Source of the DNA: a virus
Lineage: Duplodnaviria; Caudoviricetes
IMG/VR virus record: IMGVR_UViG_3300020375_000001
Location: 128,001 to 192,000 of that record
DNA: 64,000 nt
Direction: 5' to 3' (one strand)
Below are positions 9,518-19,397 of this stretch, piece after piece. The position numbers and the translations under genes were made by a program. The notes below the pieces were generated by a model. The model searched no databases. It saw only the letters and a program-made list of their open reading frames with translations, and had not been told where the DNA came from. Positions within the stretch are counted from its first letter, which is position 1, and every line of letters begins with the position of its first letter.

Positions 9518-10399
9518 TTAGCGTAAAAGACTCAGGATGGCACGTTGGTATTGTGCAGGGTCTGCCTTAGTGCGTTGCAGTAGGCGACCAATGTTTGAAT
9601 TGCGTAACGCTCTGTCACCCACAGCATGGTAAACACACGCCATCCATGTTACTGGCATTTCCAGTGCTACGCCCATGACTTCAGGTCCATGGTGCGTAAA
9701 CCACCCCGGCGTTAGAATGCTGAACAGTAGCCCCACATTCATTTTACCCAAACGAGGATTATCCATCTCGTTAGCCATGTACATAGCCAGTTCGTCCAGA
9801 GATTGGAAACTAATTGGGTCAGGGAACATTTGCGTTAGGCGTCCCGCAGGGATACGAGTAACGCGGGCTACAATAGCGACGTTACGTTGCCACACCCGGT
9901 CATTCATTTCTTTTTCTACACAGCTGAGGTAGAAGAACCCCGCTACACCAGCTAAGATAGCTTGTGTTTCTGCATCCAAACCAAGACGACGAGTAATGTT
10001 CTCAGAGAACCACTTACAATATAGTTCTAAAGGTAAGTCAGAAATAGAAGTAAGTTGGTCACGGTAGTCTTCACTTTCCGCCCAACGTAATTCCATGGCG
10101 GCACGCAGTACACGGAAGTTATACTCTGCTCTTTCCTTAACACGATAATCACCATGTTGACTTACCACAGAAATCAGGGGACGGACATCAACATACACAT
10201 CCCCACCATCAACAATGGGATGTGCGAAGAACGGTAAATCACTGTGTTTATCTACCACAGTAAGGACATGGCCAAACCCTTCGGTTTCGGCACCCGCCAA
10301 TTGGCGGTCAGCTTTTGCTAACCGTAGACCACTGATGATTTTATCAACAGCGTATGAACGAAGGGCAATAGCTTCGTACGAATTTTGATAAGGATACAT
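9518..10399 (-). CDS. Conserved virion protein (phiKZ gp28-like)
   Basis: FAHPIV...VYVDVRP and ALEMPVTW motifs; divergent from the tail sheath as in phiKZ. Confidence 0.7.
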   Translation of the reverse strand: MYPYQNSYEAIALRSYAVDKIISGLRLAKADRQLAGAETEGFGHVLTVVDKHSDLPFFAHPIVDGGDVYVDVRPLISVVSQHGDYRVKERAEYNFRVLRAAMELRWAESEDYRDQLTSISDLPLELYCKWFSENITRRLGLDAETQAILAGVAGFFYLSCVEKEMNDRVWQRNVAIVARVTRIPAGRLTQMFPDPISFQSLDELAMYMANEMDNPRLGKMNVGLLFSILTPGWFTHHGPEVMGVALEMPVTWMACVYHAVGDRALRNSNIGRLLQRTKADPAQYQRAILSLLR

Positions 10400-10562
10400 T
10401 TTGTCTCCGCTCCCTTTATTAATAATAGCGTCATAAGAAAGTCAGCAATTTATTATTTATCAGTGATTAAGGTACTATACTTATGACGGTCTATGGCAGC
10501 TAGCGGCATATAGCACCTGATTTACCCATTTCAATTTTTTTGCAAAAAAATGGAGTTCGATA

Positions 10563-12623
10563 ATGAATGTATTAAGTGGCGCGCCCACCATACAGTTAGC
10601 AGGTATCCAAGACCTGTCTATCCGTATTCCTTTACCTGAGGGTGAAGCTTTGCCGATGCATTTGCCTTTCTGTGTACTCAACACTGAGCGTGGACCTGAA
10701 TCCACTCAGTTAGTTGGTGGCGCAGATGCAGCGCGAATGTTCGGTGTAAATTCGTTCGACGCATCCAAACAATACGCTAACCATGCTACGATGATGTTTA
10801 ACACCATCAATGCTCGTGGTAACGTACAAATGGTTCGTCGTTATATTTCTGAATCACACGCAAAGGCCAGTGTCCGTCTTGCACTTGAAGTAAGTGCTGG
10901 CGAAGTTCCTGTTTGGGAACGTGACGAAGCTGGTGGTCTGGTTTACGGTGCTGACGGCAAAGCTATCCAAACGGAAGCTGACGGCGTACCTGTAACTACT
11001 TCAGGCTACAATGCTCGTTGGGTAATCATCCCAATCGACGAAACTGCTCCTTTTGGTGCCGGTCAGAAAACTGTAGGTAGCTTTGGCGGTGAGTCTACTA
11101 TCTATCCTTGGATGGATTTTGAAGTATCACACCACGGTTCTTACGGTGACAACATTGGTTTCGCGCTGAGCTGTCCTACTACCGAGACTTTAAGCGGTCC
11201 GGTAAAAGAAGACGTTGTATACGAAAACATGGCGATGATGTATCGTCTGCAGTTCGTAGAGCGTCCTGACAAGCAGTCAAGTCCGAACATCACTCAAACT
11301 CTTATGGGCGGTCAGTACACTGAATTCTGCTTTAAGAAGGGTGCTGTTGATAAGAGCACAGACCGTAACCTGCACATCGACAAAGTACTGCCAAAAGCAT
11401 ACCGCGATGTAGACAGCAAAGGTTTTGCACCTATCTACGGTCCAATGGACAACTACCACGTTTACGAAGCTAACATGCTCGAAGCGTTAGGTATGTTAGC
11501 TGCTGCTGAAGAAGCATCGCCTGAATACATGGGTGAACCCATGGAACCACACATGTTCAATGCCGTTAGCGGTGTTGATGTAAGCGGTGTTCGTTACCAC
11601 ACTTTCAACCTTCAGGGTCCGGAAGCCGGTGGCATCCTTCTTGGTGAAGGCATCTACCATTACGCCAAAGGCGGTTCTGATGGTGACCAAAGCCCTGAAG
11701 CATTTGATGCGTTCGTTAAGAACCTGTTCGATACTTTCGAATTCAACAATGTTGATGAGTTCATGGATTCTGCTGAATTCCCATTCAGTGTTATCTACGA
11801 TTCTGGTTTCTCTATCGAAACTAAGAAAGCGATGTTGGCTCCAATTGGTCTGCGTAAAGACTTGTATGTTGTTCTGTCTACTCAGGACGTAAACAAGCCT
11901 CAGAACACTGCCGACGAAGAACTGTCAATTGCGATTGCATTGCGTGCCCGTGCTCGCCTGTATCCAGAATCAACTCACTACGGTACGTCTACTTGTCGTG
12001 CTATCATCGTGGGTCACTCTGGTAAACTGCTGAACAGCAACTACGACGGCTTACTGCCTCTGACGTTGGACTTCGCAGACAAGTGTGCGGCTTACATGGG
12101 TGCATCCCACGGTTCAATGAAAGAAGAATTCTCTATGGATACTTCTCCTCTGAACAACGTGACGATGTTCCGTGACATCAACTGCGTGTACAAGTCTCCA
12201 CGTGTACGTCAGAAAGACTGGGCTGCTGGTCTGGTTTGGGTACAACGTAAAGACCGCAACGACTTCTTCTATCCTGCGTATCAGACTGTGTACGACAACG
12301 ACACGTCTGTAATCAACTCAGCCATCAACATGATGATTGCTGTTGAGCTTGAGAAGGTCTGTGAGCGTACTTGGCGTAACCTTACTGGTGACACTAAGTT
12401 GACTGATGCCCAGTTCTTCGAGAAGTCTGACAAGATGATTTCTAGCTACACTGCTGGACGTTTCGATGGTCGTGTTACGGTTATCCCTGAAACGTACAAA
12501 ACTGAAGCTGACGAATTACGTGGTTACAGCTGGTCTTGTAAGCTACACATGTATGCTAACAACATGCGTACTGTTGGTACTTACACTGTTACCGCTAATC
12601 GCGCATCTGACTTACAAGCATAA
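10563..12623 (+). CDS. Contractile tail sheath protein (phiKZ gp29-like)
   Basis: GAPTIQLAGIQDLS N-terminus, IYDSGFSIETK and YPAYQTVYDNDTSVINS motifs; 686 aa; strongly biased codon usage. Confidence 0.93.
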   Translation: MNVLSGAPTIQLAGIQDLSIRIPLPEGEALPMHLPFCVLNTERGPESTQLVGGADAARMFGVNSFDASKQYANHATMMFNTINARGNVQMVRRYISESHAKASVRLALEVSAGEVPVWERDEAGGLVYGADGKAIQTEADGVPVTTSGYNARWVIIPIDETAPFGAGQKTVGSFGGESTIYPWMDFEVSHHGSYGDNIGFALSCPTTETLSGPVKEDVVYENMAMMYRLQFVERPDKQSSPNITQTLMGGQYTEFCFKKGAVDKSTDRNLHIDKVLPKAYRDVDSKGFAPIYGPMDNYHVYEANMLEALGMLAAAEEASPEYMGEPMEPHMFNAVSGVDVSGVRYHTFNLQGPEAGGILLGEGIYHYAKGGSDGDQSPEAFDAFVKNLFDTFEFNNVDEFMDSAEFPFSVIYDSGFSIETKKAMLAPIGLRKDLYVVLSTQDVNKPQNTADEELSIAIALRARARLYPESTHYGTSTCRAIIVGHSGKLLNSNYDGLLPLTLDFADKCAAYMGASHGSMKEEFSMDTSPLNNVTMFRDINCVYKSPRVRQKDWAAGLVWVQRKDRNDFFYPAYQTVYDNDTSVINSAINMMIAVELEKVCERTWRNLTGDTKLTDAQFFEKSDKMISSYTAGRFDGRVTVIPETYKTEADELRGYSWSCKLHMYANNMRTVGTYTVTANRASDLQA

Positions 12624-12639
12624 AGGGGAGTATTAAGAC

Positions 12640-13515
12640 ATGGCTCGTTTATCAAACAAAACGCTGGTTAATAAACCAGACGATACCAGTGCTCTGTTCG
12701 GCGGAGCTACTGGTGGAGCCGTGACTGACCTGCGTTACAGCGGTCAGAGCGGTTTTGCTACTAACCCTAAGTCTCTGGTTAGCAATGCTAACTACGTTAA
12801 GCGTAACGTTATTGCAATCCTGTTGGAATCTCCAACTGGGTTCAACGACCTGCCTAACTCAGAGTTACTTCACGGTACTCTGAAGGCATTGGTTGAGCGT
12901 CACGCTAAACAAATCACCGGCTTGACTTCTACTCTTACAGTAGAATACGTAGCACAGCCTGTGGGCGGTGCGGGTGAAGAGCAAGAAGACGTTTCTAACG
13001 TTACTCGTGCTCGTTCTAACCCAGCGTTCGTATGGCCTGAGAAAGAAGGGATGCCAGTTCAGAAGTTCATCGACTACTGGATTCTTAACCTTCTTGGTGA
13101 CCCTGAGACTAAGGTTCCGCGCGTTGTTCAATACATGGATGGTGAGGTAGGTGACTTACTGCCTGACTACCGTGGCATGACAGTGCTGTTCTTTGAACCA
13201 GACTCAACCCACACGAAAGTTGAAAAGGCGTGGTTGACCACTGCCATGATGCCTCGTGTAGGTGGAACGGTTGAAGGTTCTCGTGACCTGTCTGCTCCGG
13301 GTGAAGGCCTTGAGCATTCAATTGAGTTCACTGGTGTGACTCAAGTAGGTGAAGGTGTTAAACAAACTGCCCAGAAGTTCTTGGACGAAATGGGTCTGAC
13401 GTCTGTTAACACTAACCTGCGTCCTGCTATTGTAGAAGCAGTTTCAGCTGACGTTGAAGCAGCCGAGCAAGGCAATGCGCAGATGATTGATGAAGCAGCG
13501 AAAGAATACGTTTAA
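12640..13515 (+). CDS. Tail tube protein (phiKZ gp30-like)
   Basis: Follows the sheath; NANYVKRNVIAILLESP and LKALVERHAKQITGL motifs; 291 aa. Confidence 0.9.
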   Translation: MARLSNKTLVNKPDDTSALFGGATGGAVTDLRYSGQSGFATNPKSLVSNANYVKRNVIAILLESPTGFNDLPNSELLHGTLKALVERHAKQITGLTSTLTVEYVAQPVGGAGEEQEDVSNVTRARSNPAFVWPEKEGMPVQKFIDYWILNLLGDPETKVPRVVQYMDGEVGDLLPDYRGMTVLFFEPDSTHTKVEKAWLTTAMMPRVGGTVEGSRDLSAPGEGLEHSIEFTGVTQVGEGVKQTAQKFLDEMGLTSVNTNLRPAIVEAVSADVEAAEQGNAQMIDEAAKEYV

Positions 13516-13541
13516 TCGCTGATTGATTGAATCACATTTCT

Positions 13542-13563
13542 GGGGAGTCCGAAAGGGCTCCCT
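13542..13563 (+). terminator. Terminator after tail tube
   Basis: GGGGAGTCC-GAAA-GGGCTCCCT hairpin followed by TTATGCCG. A second hairpin at about 13592-13611 serves the convergent gene. Confidence 0.75.
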
Positions 13564-13622
13564 AGTTATGCCGTCTAGACAAAAAAAAATAAAGGGGCAC
13601 TTGCCCCTCTACTTAGTAAATA

Positions 13623-14114
13623 TTATTCAGAATCGCTATCTGAATCGTCACCGTCATCCATCTCACCGTACTCTTCGGCATTGTGCTCACGGTCAAGGAT
13701 ATAAAACTTGACAGCAATGTTGTACAAGCCCATGTCCTTAATGAGTCCCTTAGAATGCGTGTGAGGCGGTTCTTTGCTAACTTCCACACCGCTAGTACCG
13801 GCCGATGGTTGTATGTTGATGATAAGTACGTTGTCACCTTGGGCAATTTTCACATCGCCGTTGCTGAAGTTGGTGTTCCACGTTTTCTCATCAAAGTCAA
13901 TGACTGCCTCAATCATCTCTTCGTACATCTCAGTCAGAGAATCCATTTCCAGTAGGTCAGCCCACATGTCATCGAGGTTATCAGCATCAGCGTCAGTTAC
14001 GAAGTCATAGAGCGCAGGGGTAATAGGTAGCAACGTATCTTTGTTGTTAGCGAATTCTTCACCATTGTAGAAATCTAAGATAAACGTCGCAAGTTTACTT
14101 TGTTCAGTTGACAT
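13623..14114 (-). CDS. Acidic hypothetical protein
   Basis: 163 aa, very D/E-rich, flanked by terminators. Confidence 0.75.
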   Translation of the reverse strand: MSTEQSKLATFILDFYNGEEFANNKDTLLPITPALYDFVTDADADNLDDMWADLLEMDSLTEMYEEMIEAVIDFDEKTWNTNFSNGDVKIAQGDNVLIINIQPSAGTSGVEVSKEPPHTHSKGLIKDMGLYNIAVKFYILDREHNAEEYGEMDDGDDSDSDSE

Positions 14115-14196
14115 AACTCTTTATCCTGTTATTCGGTTATGAGAAAAAATAAAGGAGGGCCGAAGCCCCCCAATACTCTTGCAGATGGTAGGCTAA

Positions 14197-14667
14197 TTAC
14201 TTAGCCATGCTCGCGAAGTGAGCTTTAACTTTGCTCAGTGCACCGGACGGGCTGGTGCTTTGAGTTTTGTGTTTGACAACCAGGTAGTTTGCACGCTCTT
14301 CTTTAGTAGCAGGTGCGCCGTTACGACCAGGAATTGTAACTTCACGTGAGCGGTCCATTGAGGCCGCCATTTTGTCACCGAAGAACTTAATGGTGCTGGA
14401 GACCGATTGAACGTCTTTGGTTTCACCGAACACGTCTTGTGCGATTTCGCCAGTTGCGTAACCAAGTGCTGCCAGGGTAACCTTTTCTTGTTCTTTGAAC
14501 GACTTCGCCATTTTCGCGTCCATGCCTTCAGGCAGGTTTGCTTCGATGACTGCTTGGATACCTTTAGCATCAGTATCGATGATACCTTCACCAGCATGGG
14601 TCATGTGCTTTTTGAATTCTTCGGCACGGGTTACAACAGCTGCTGGTACTTGATTTTCGTTTGACAT
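14197..14667 (-). CDS. Hypothetical protein, probably highly expressed
   Basis: Own promoter motif, SD AAGGA, strongly biased codons. Confidence 0.8.
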   Translation of the reverse strand: MSNENQVPAAVVTRAEEFKKHMTHAGEGIIDTDAKGIQAVIEANLPEGMDAKMAKSFKEQEKVTLAALGYATGEIAQDVFGETKDVQSVSSTIKFFGDKMAASMDRSREVTIPGRNGAPATKEERANYLVVKHKTQSTSPSGALSKVKAHFASMAK

Positions 14668-14746
14668 AGTATTGTCCTTTTATATCATTTGTTTTGAATT
14701 AACAGTTATACATTCGAATGTATAGAGTAAGTTCTCTATGCACCAT

Positions 14747-14758
14747 GATGATATATGT
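14747..14758 (-). promoter_or_regulatory. Candidate early (virion RNAP) promoter ACATATATCATC
   Basis: Identical 12-mer at 17733-17744; variants at 5260, 41085 and 60834. All are intergenic and upstream of minus-strand accessory genes. Resembles the phiKZ early TATATTAC element. Confidence 0.6.
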
Positions 14759-14830
14759 ATCAAATTATCTTAAATACGTTATATCATTGTTTCTCATACA
14801 AGGTGAAGTGTGTGTATTTTTTCACCTTGC

Positions 14831-15223
14831 TTAGCTCAGGGCTAATTTCTCACTAGCTACCCAATCGTTCTGGTATTCACGTTGGTAATCCTGCTCACCG
14901 GCAAAGTCCGTAGTGAAAGATGCCATGCGTGGGCGAACGACGTCATCCAGCCCAAGTTGAGTAGCAGTTTTCATGTTATACTTAAAGTATATTTCAGAAA
15001 ACAACAATTCATCGTGGTTGGTAACTACTACGTTTGTACGATGCTTTAGGAAGCTTTTCTTCCATGCATCAAATGAATTTTTCACACCACAGATACGTCC
15101 ACTGAATGACACCACCCAGCAAAGCATTGAGAAGTCTTTTTGAACGTTACCACTTGGTTGAGTGCGCACTGCTTTTCCGTACCAAGACCGGAATTCTTCG
15201 GTTTGATGTAATTCTTGCATCAT
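14831..15223 (-). CDS. Hypothetical protein
   Basis: 130 aa; ATGA overlap with the upstream gene. Confidence 0.7.
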   Translation of the reverse strand: MMQELHQTEEFRSWYGKAVRTQPSGNVQKDFSMLCWVVSFSGRICGVKNSFDAWKKSFLKHRTNVVVTNHDELLFSEIYFKYNMKTATQLGLDDVVRPRMASFTTDFAGEQDYQREYQNDWVASEKLALS

Positions 15224-15579
15224 AGTTCCCCTAAATAAGTAAAAGGTATTCCTTTGGCTTCTGCGACCTTTTGGAATATATCTCTAAGTAAGTACCGATG
15301 GCAAAACTCTCCGGAAGGACAGTAACAACCAATGGCAAGAGTTTCATGAGACAATAGCCTGTCCCACTCATCGGGATGGTTTCTCAGACTGTCTCGCATT
15401 AAAGCATAGAAGCTTTCCGTGTACTCCTCTTCCGTTATTAGCTTACTTTTATATTTCGCTAACAGTGGCCATGTAGGAGCAAACAGTTTGTTTCCCGATT
15501 TAACCGTGACGTCTTCAAACGGAATGTCTAGTTCCTTTGCTCGTCTCCAGCTCTGTACCCGTATTGTGTATAGTTTCAT
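15220..15579 (-). CDS. DUF488/YeaO-like protein
   Basis: LFAPTWPLL, EYTESFYALM and LGCYC...CHRYLL-type motif (CYCPSGEFCHR). Confidence 0.7.
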   Translation of the reverse strand: MKLYTIRVQSWRRAKELDIPFEDVTVKSGNKLFAPTWPLLAKYKSKLITEEEYTESFYALMRDSLRNHPDEWDRLLSHETLAIGCYCPSGEFCHRYLLRDIFQKVAEAKGIPFTYLGEL

Positions 15580-15655
15580 GAAATACCTCCACTACGTCAT
15601 AAGAGAGGCGTCCTCTCGAACACCCCTCAAGAACACAACGTATAGGACATTTTAT

Positions 15656-16375
15656 TTAACCACAGTTACTGCGTTGAACGATGAATGTTCGTGTAGGTTC
15701 GAATACCTGCCCGACCCAACCAACACCGTCCCTGTAGTATATATTACCTAAAACTAGACCTTGTTCCATATTGGTATCTATTGAATATAGCATACCGTTA
15801 AGAAACTCCTCAGCCTCATTATCTTTAAGGATTACGCTACGACGTTCGCGCTCCTCATCAATGTAGTCAGAGTCACGGTCAGTTTGGTAATACCTCTCAG
15901 GGTCTTGTAAAGCTGGTTCTCGAGCAGAAATACAATCGTACAGTCTGTCCACATCAAAGCAATCGGCAACCCTGGATTTATCGAGTCGGTATCGTTTACG
16001 TATCCGTTTTACATGGGGATAGGTAAAGATGAACTCTTGTTTAAGTGTCCAGAATTTATCTTTTACAATCATAGTGGCAGCGTTTTTTGTAATGGACGGG
16101 TATTCGTGTTCACGTAACGCGAAACCAGTTCCTGCTCGTAGGTCATCCAAAGTAATTAAATCCGACATCTTTTTTGTCTCACCATTACTAAACGTTTCGT
16201 ACGTGGTGAGTACTTCATAGTTGTCGATTAATATTTGGGTTATTGTGTCAAACTCAGAATCGGTTATGAAGCTATCTAAGTCTGGTCTTAAGTAATAGAT
16301 GTACGATGCCATCAACCATATACGTATTGCGTGCGGAACGTTCGCATCTGATATGGTGAATCTATCATGTATCAT
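15656..16375 (-). CDS. Protein with N-terminal Nlig-Ia (NAD-ligase domain Ia-like) module
   Basis: ASYIYY...SFITDSEFDTITQIL resembles LigA domain Ia (YY-D-P-ISDAEYD-L); no adenylation domain follows. Confidence 0.55.
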   Translation of the reverse strand: MIHDRFTISDANVPHAIRIWLMASYIYYLRPDLDSFITDSEFDTITQILIDNYEVLTTYETFSNGETKKMSDLITLDDLRAGTGFALREHEYPSITKNAATMIVKDKFWTLKQEFIFTYPHVKRIRKRYRLDKSRVADCFDVDRLYDCISAREPALQDPERYYQTDRDSDYIDEERERRSVILKDNEAEEFLNGMLYSIDTNMEQGLVLGNIYYRDGVGWVGQVFEPTRTFIVQRSNCG

Positions 16376-16376
16376 A

Positions 16377-16997
16377 CTACGCCTGCTCTTTCTCTTCCAA
16401 TTCCTTTAACGCCTCTTCGGCGGCAAAGACATCGAAAGCAGCAATAGCAGCAAGACGGTTACGCATGTGCTCGGCCTCAAAGAAGTCAGTGTCAATCATC
16501 CACTGGCCAATATTGGTGATGTACTCTATCTCATCGTAGGTGTCGGGTAACACCGCTGGGATAGCCATCCATACTTGACCTAAACGCGACATAACGGGTT
16601 CGTTACGGAATTCTTTTGCCATGGTGTAGTTTGCTACAGTGGCCATACCATCTGCATCTGCACCATGAATCACCATAGAGTCAGCCTCAATTACAAAGCT
16701 GTCCTCACCTTGCTCATGAATGAATCCGTAGATAACAGTCCAATCACGGGGAACCTGATTAAGACATTCAGAGATTGCTTCTGCAAGTAACACTCTGTTT
16801 TTCTGGTTCGGTTCTGCGCGAAGTAAATCTTGCATACCCATATTGGCAGTGCTGTCAATTGCAGTGCCGCCAACAAACCGTAACTTAGAGCCACGGCGAT
16901 TTAGTATACTTTGTGCTTTTCTAGCAAAGCGCTTTGCTAAAGCCTCGTTATTTCTTGCCATTTTCAGTACCTCGTTTATTTTACTTGTAATGGTCAA
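16377..16997 (-). CDS. Hypothetical protein
   Basis: 206 aa ORF in the run of minus-strand genes. Confidence 0.75.
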   Translation of the reverse strand: MTITSKINEVLKMARNNEALAKRFARKAQSILNRRGSKLRFVGGTAIDSTANMGMQDLLRAEPNQKNRVLLAEAISECLNQVPRDWTVIYGFIHEQGEDSFVIEADSMVIHGADADGMATVANYTMAKEFRNEPVMSRLGQVWMAIPAVLPDTYDEIEYITNIGQWMIDTDFFEAEHMRNRLAAIAAFDVFAAEEALKELEEKEQA

Positions 16998-17038
16998 TTG
17001 AACAGGGAATGCTGTATTTTTTTATTGTTAGTTTTCTT

Positions 17039-17323
17039 CTAACTTTTCTTACCAAACCCACCTACGATATTCATGAAGCCAGTTTTAATACCTCTGAACT
17101 TACCTATAGGAGCCCGTGACGTTCTGGTTTCATATTCTGCAATAACATCATCAAATGAAATTGCAGGGTCTAAATCATGGATGTTCTTACCGGTAAGTTC
17201 TGGTATAGTAACCTCTCTGCCATCTTTATATACCGCAATAACGTTTTGGGACATTACTACGATATCGTACAGACTTACAGTTGTTACTTGGCCGTATCTG
17301 AGTAAATCTACTTTATCAGACAT
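17039..17323 (-). CDS. Hypothetical protein
   Basis: 94 aa; SD AAAGGA. Confidence 0.65.
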   Translation of the reverse strand: MSDKVDLLRYGQVTTVSLYDIVVMSQNVIAVYKDGREVTIPELTGKNIHDLDPAISFDDVIAEYETRTSRAPIGKFRGIKTGFMNIVGGFGKKS

Positions 17324-17337
17324 ACGTTGGTTTCCTT

Positions 17338-17688
17338 TTATTGGGGCTTACGTCGCGTCGTTCTTTTAATGGGCGGGGCGTAAGGTTTACTTATTTCGAT
17401 ACCCAGCTTTTCAAGGTTATCAAGCTGGTCGTCTGGTACGGCCTGCATGATTTCGCCGTATACATCATTCAATGTATCATCTCTGTATTTTTCACACGCC
17501 GCTATAATAGCACTTAGGATTTCTGCCGTTAGCGTACTAACCGTTTGCGTCACATCGAGGACGAGCATTGTCTGACCTTTCACTTCGATTGAAAACGAGT
17601 CACCGGAACCAGCTATTAACACGATGTCTTTACTTAGGGTTATGGATTCACCTTTCTTCAAGGCTTTGATTTCTTGCAATAATGACAT
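17338..17688 (-). CDS. Hypothetical protein
   Basis: 116 aa; SD AAGGAG; first gene after a candidate early promoter. Confidence 0.7.
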   Translation of the reverse strand: MSLLQEIKALKKGESITLSKDIVLIAGSGDSFSIEVKGQTMLVLDVTQTVSTLTAEILSAIIAACEKYRDDTLNDVYGEIMQAVPDDQLDNLEKLGIEISKPYAPPIKRTTRRKPQ

Positions 17689-17732
17689 ACTTTTCTCCTT
17701 TTATTTGTTTAAGTTTATCATCAACTCACTAG

Positions 17733-17744
17733 GATGATATATGT
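17733..17744 (-). promoter_or_regulatory. Candidate early promoter ACATATATCATC
   Basis: Exact copy of the 14747 motif, with an AT-rich upstream tract. Confidence 0.6.
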
Positions 17745-17770
17745 CTATAAAAAAATTAATGCGGCATAGG

Positions 17771-17788
17771 TAGCGGGTTTCCCCGCTA
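17771..17788 (-). terminator. Terminator after prohead protease
   Basis: TAGCGGG-TTTC-CCCGCTA with TATGCCG on the downstream side. Confidence 0.7.
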
Positions 17789-17800
17789 ACCTAATAACAC

Positions 17801-18559
17801 TTACCAGTTTGCTAAAGCACTCAAGTTAGCAACCTTACGCTTGAATCCCTGTTGGTCAATGACAGTCAGGATGTCCAGTCCCGATTCCATAGAGACCCCA
17901 GAAGTTTCTTGCTCACCTTTGGCGTTGTTAAAATCTTCCATACCCAACGATACAGAATCATCTAAGCTTTCCAGAGATGGGTTATGGTACTTGGTGGCGA
18001 TAGAGATACCCGGCTCGTTAACGTAATCCCACGTAACCAATGTGGTCATGTGTTTGTACTTCTGTCCGGCAATACGTGTGTCACGTGTCAATGAGCGTAC
18101 AGAGAACGATACGTTTTCATTTGGGTTATCCAACGCTTCTTTCAATGCAGGTCCCATTGGACCAGAAGGTTTGATTTTACCCATAACCGCAGTAACCGCA
18201 CGGCCGTTTGGACCCTTAACCGTTTCCTTATCTATCCACACTTCTTTGATGTGGAAAGCGACTTTGGTCTCTTCGATAGTACAGATACGGGTAATGAACT
18301 GCGTTTTAGTCATCCCTGGCTCGAGTTTAGGATGACCACATTCACCACGTTGTTGGCCGGTGGTAATACGACGCAACAAAGCACCTGAAGCATCAAACAG
18401 CTTTTTAGCAGATTGCCATGGGTAGATATCACCCGTTGAGTTAGGGAAATCAAATGCACCTAGGATAACGGTATAATAACCATCTGCATCCGGCGCTAAT
18501 ACCCCTGCTTTGTTTGTACCGGCCAGCGCAGTACAGTTGTAAAAGACTTTATCCGACAT
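17801..18559 (-). CDS. Prohead (head maturation) serine protease, phiKZ gp175-like
   Basis: GECGHP (catalytic His), FSVRS (catalytic Ser), WDYVNEPG. C-terminal SLE/SME self-cleavage motifs. Start at ATG 18559 with GGAG SD; alternative start 18574. Confidence 0.93.
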   Translation of the reverse strand: MSDKVFYNCTALAGTNKAGVLAPDADGYYTVILGAFDFPNSTGDIYPWQSAKKLFDASGALLRRITTGQQRGECGHPKLEPGMTKTQFITRICTIEETKVAFHIKEVWIDKETVKGPNGRAVTAVMGKIKPSGPMGPALKEALDNPNENVSFSVRSLTRDTRIAGQKYKHMTTLVTWDYVNEPGISIATKYHNPSLESLDDSVSLGMEDFNNAKGEQETSGVSMESGLDILTVIDQQGFKRKVANLSALANW

Positions 18560-18608
18560 TAGATTCAACTCCATCTAAAAGTAGTTATAAGCAGCAGCTC
18601 TCACAGTA

Positions 18609-19349
18609 TTAACGTCGTAAGAGCTCTTCTACGCCTTCCAGACGGTCTGACTTAGTTACCAAGGCCGATGACAAGCCATCATTGAAATAGTTCCCCATAA
18701 GCTTTGCTGTAGTGTTTGTAGCACCCAGTTCGATGTTCTTCAGTGAGATATAACTCACACCACCGTTGCCAAGGATTTCAGGATGTTCAAAGTCTGCCTG
18801 TGAACGCAGTGCATGGCGTAAATACTTTGTACGGTCTTTTACCTGACGAGAAAGACTGGCCGCAATTGCCTCAAGGATTGCCGGGTCAACGTTCAAGTCT
18901 GTACCAGCGTGTTTAATGGCAGTGTCAAATAACTCAGACAAATCGTTGTAATTGATAAACCACGGTACGTCCCCTTTCGAATAGAAATGGTCAGAAATGT
19001 AATATACCAAAATTGCCGATTGTACCAAGTTTAAGGATTTGATGATAACAGCGCCTGCCTCAAAGAACAGTTCAATGTATTCCTCACCCTCAATAATCAC
19101 ACTGCGAGTACTGGTTGGTAGTAGGTCTACGTTAGCACATACCTTCATTACCGAGTAGTGATTACCCACCACGATAGGGAAGATGCCGATTACACGGGTA
19201 GTGTTACCAAACGATGCCAAAGAACGAGCACGGTATTTTAGTGGGACATAAATCCGGGTTTCTTTTTTAGCAACCAGACTACCGTCTTTTGCTTTAGTCA
19301 AATGTGGTAATACCGCATCTGGCTTTCTAATGAGTTTTGAGATATCCAT
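18609..19349 (-). CDS. phiKZ gp176-like protein (putative fifth virion RNAP subunit)
   Basis: Position between gp177-like and the protease; C-terminal GATNTTAKLMGNYFNDGL motif. Start MDISKL with GGGG SD. Confidence 0.7.
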   Translation of the reverse strand: MDISKLIRKPDAVLPHLTKAKDGSLVAKKETRIYVPLKYRARSLASFGNTTRVIGIFPIVVGNHYSVMKVCANVDLLPTSTRSVIIEGEEYIELFFEAGAVIIKSLNLVQSAILVYYISDHFYSKGDVPWFINYNDLSELFDTAIKHAGTDLNVDPAILEAIAASLSRQVKDRTKYLRHALRSQADFEHPEILGNGGVSYISLKNIELGATNTTAKLMGNYFNDGLSSALVTKSDRLEGVEELLRR

Positions 19350-19397
19350 AGATACATCCCCATAAAGTGGGGGACCGAAGTCCCCCGACATTTAACA

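Noticed and set aside
15693-15722. tRNA T-arm-like GTAGGTTCGAATACCTGC...CCA
   Set aside because: The loop is 8 nt, there is no complementary 5-prime acceptor strand, D arm or anticodon arm upstream, and it lies antisense within a coding region.
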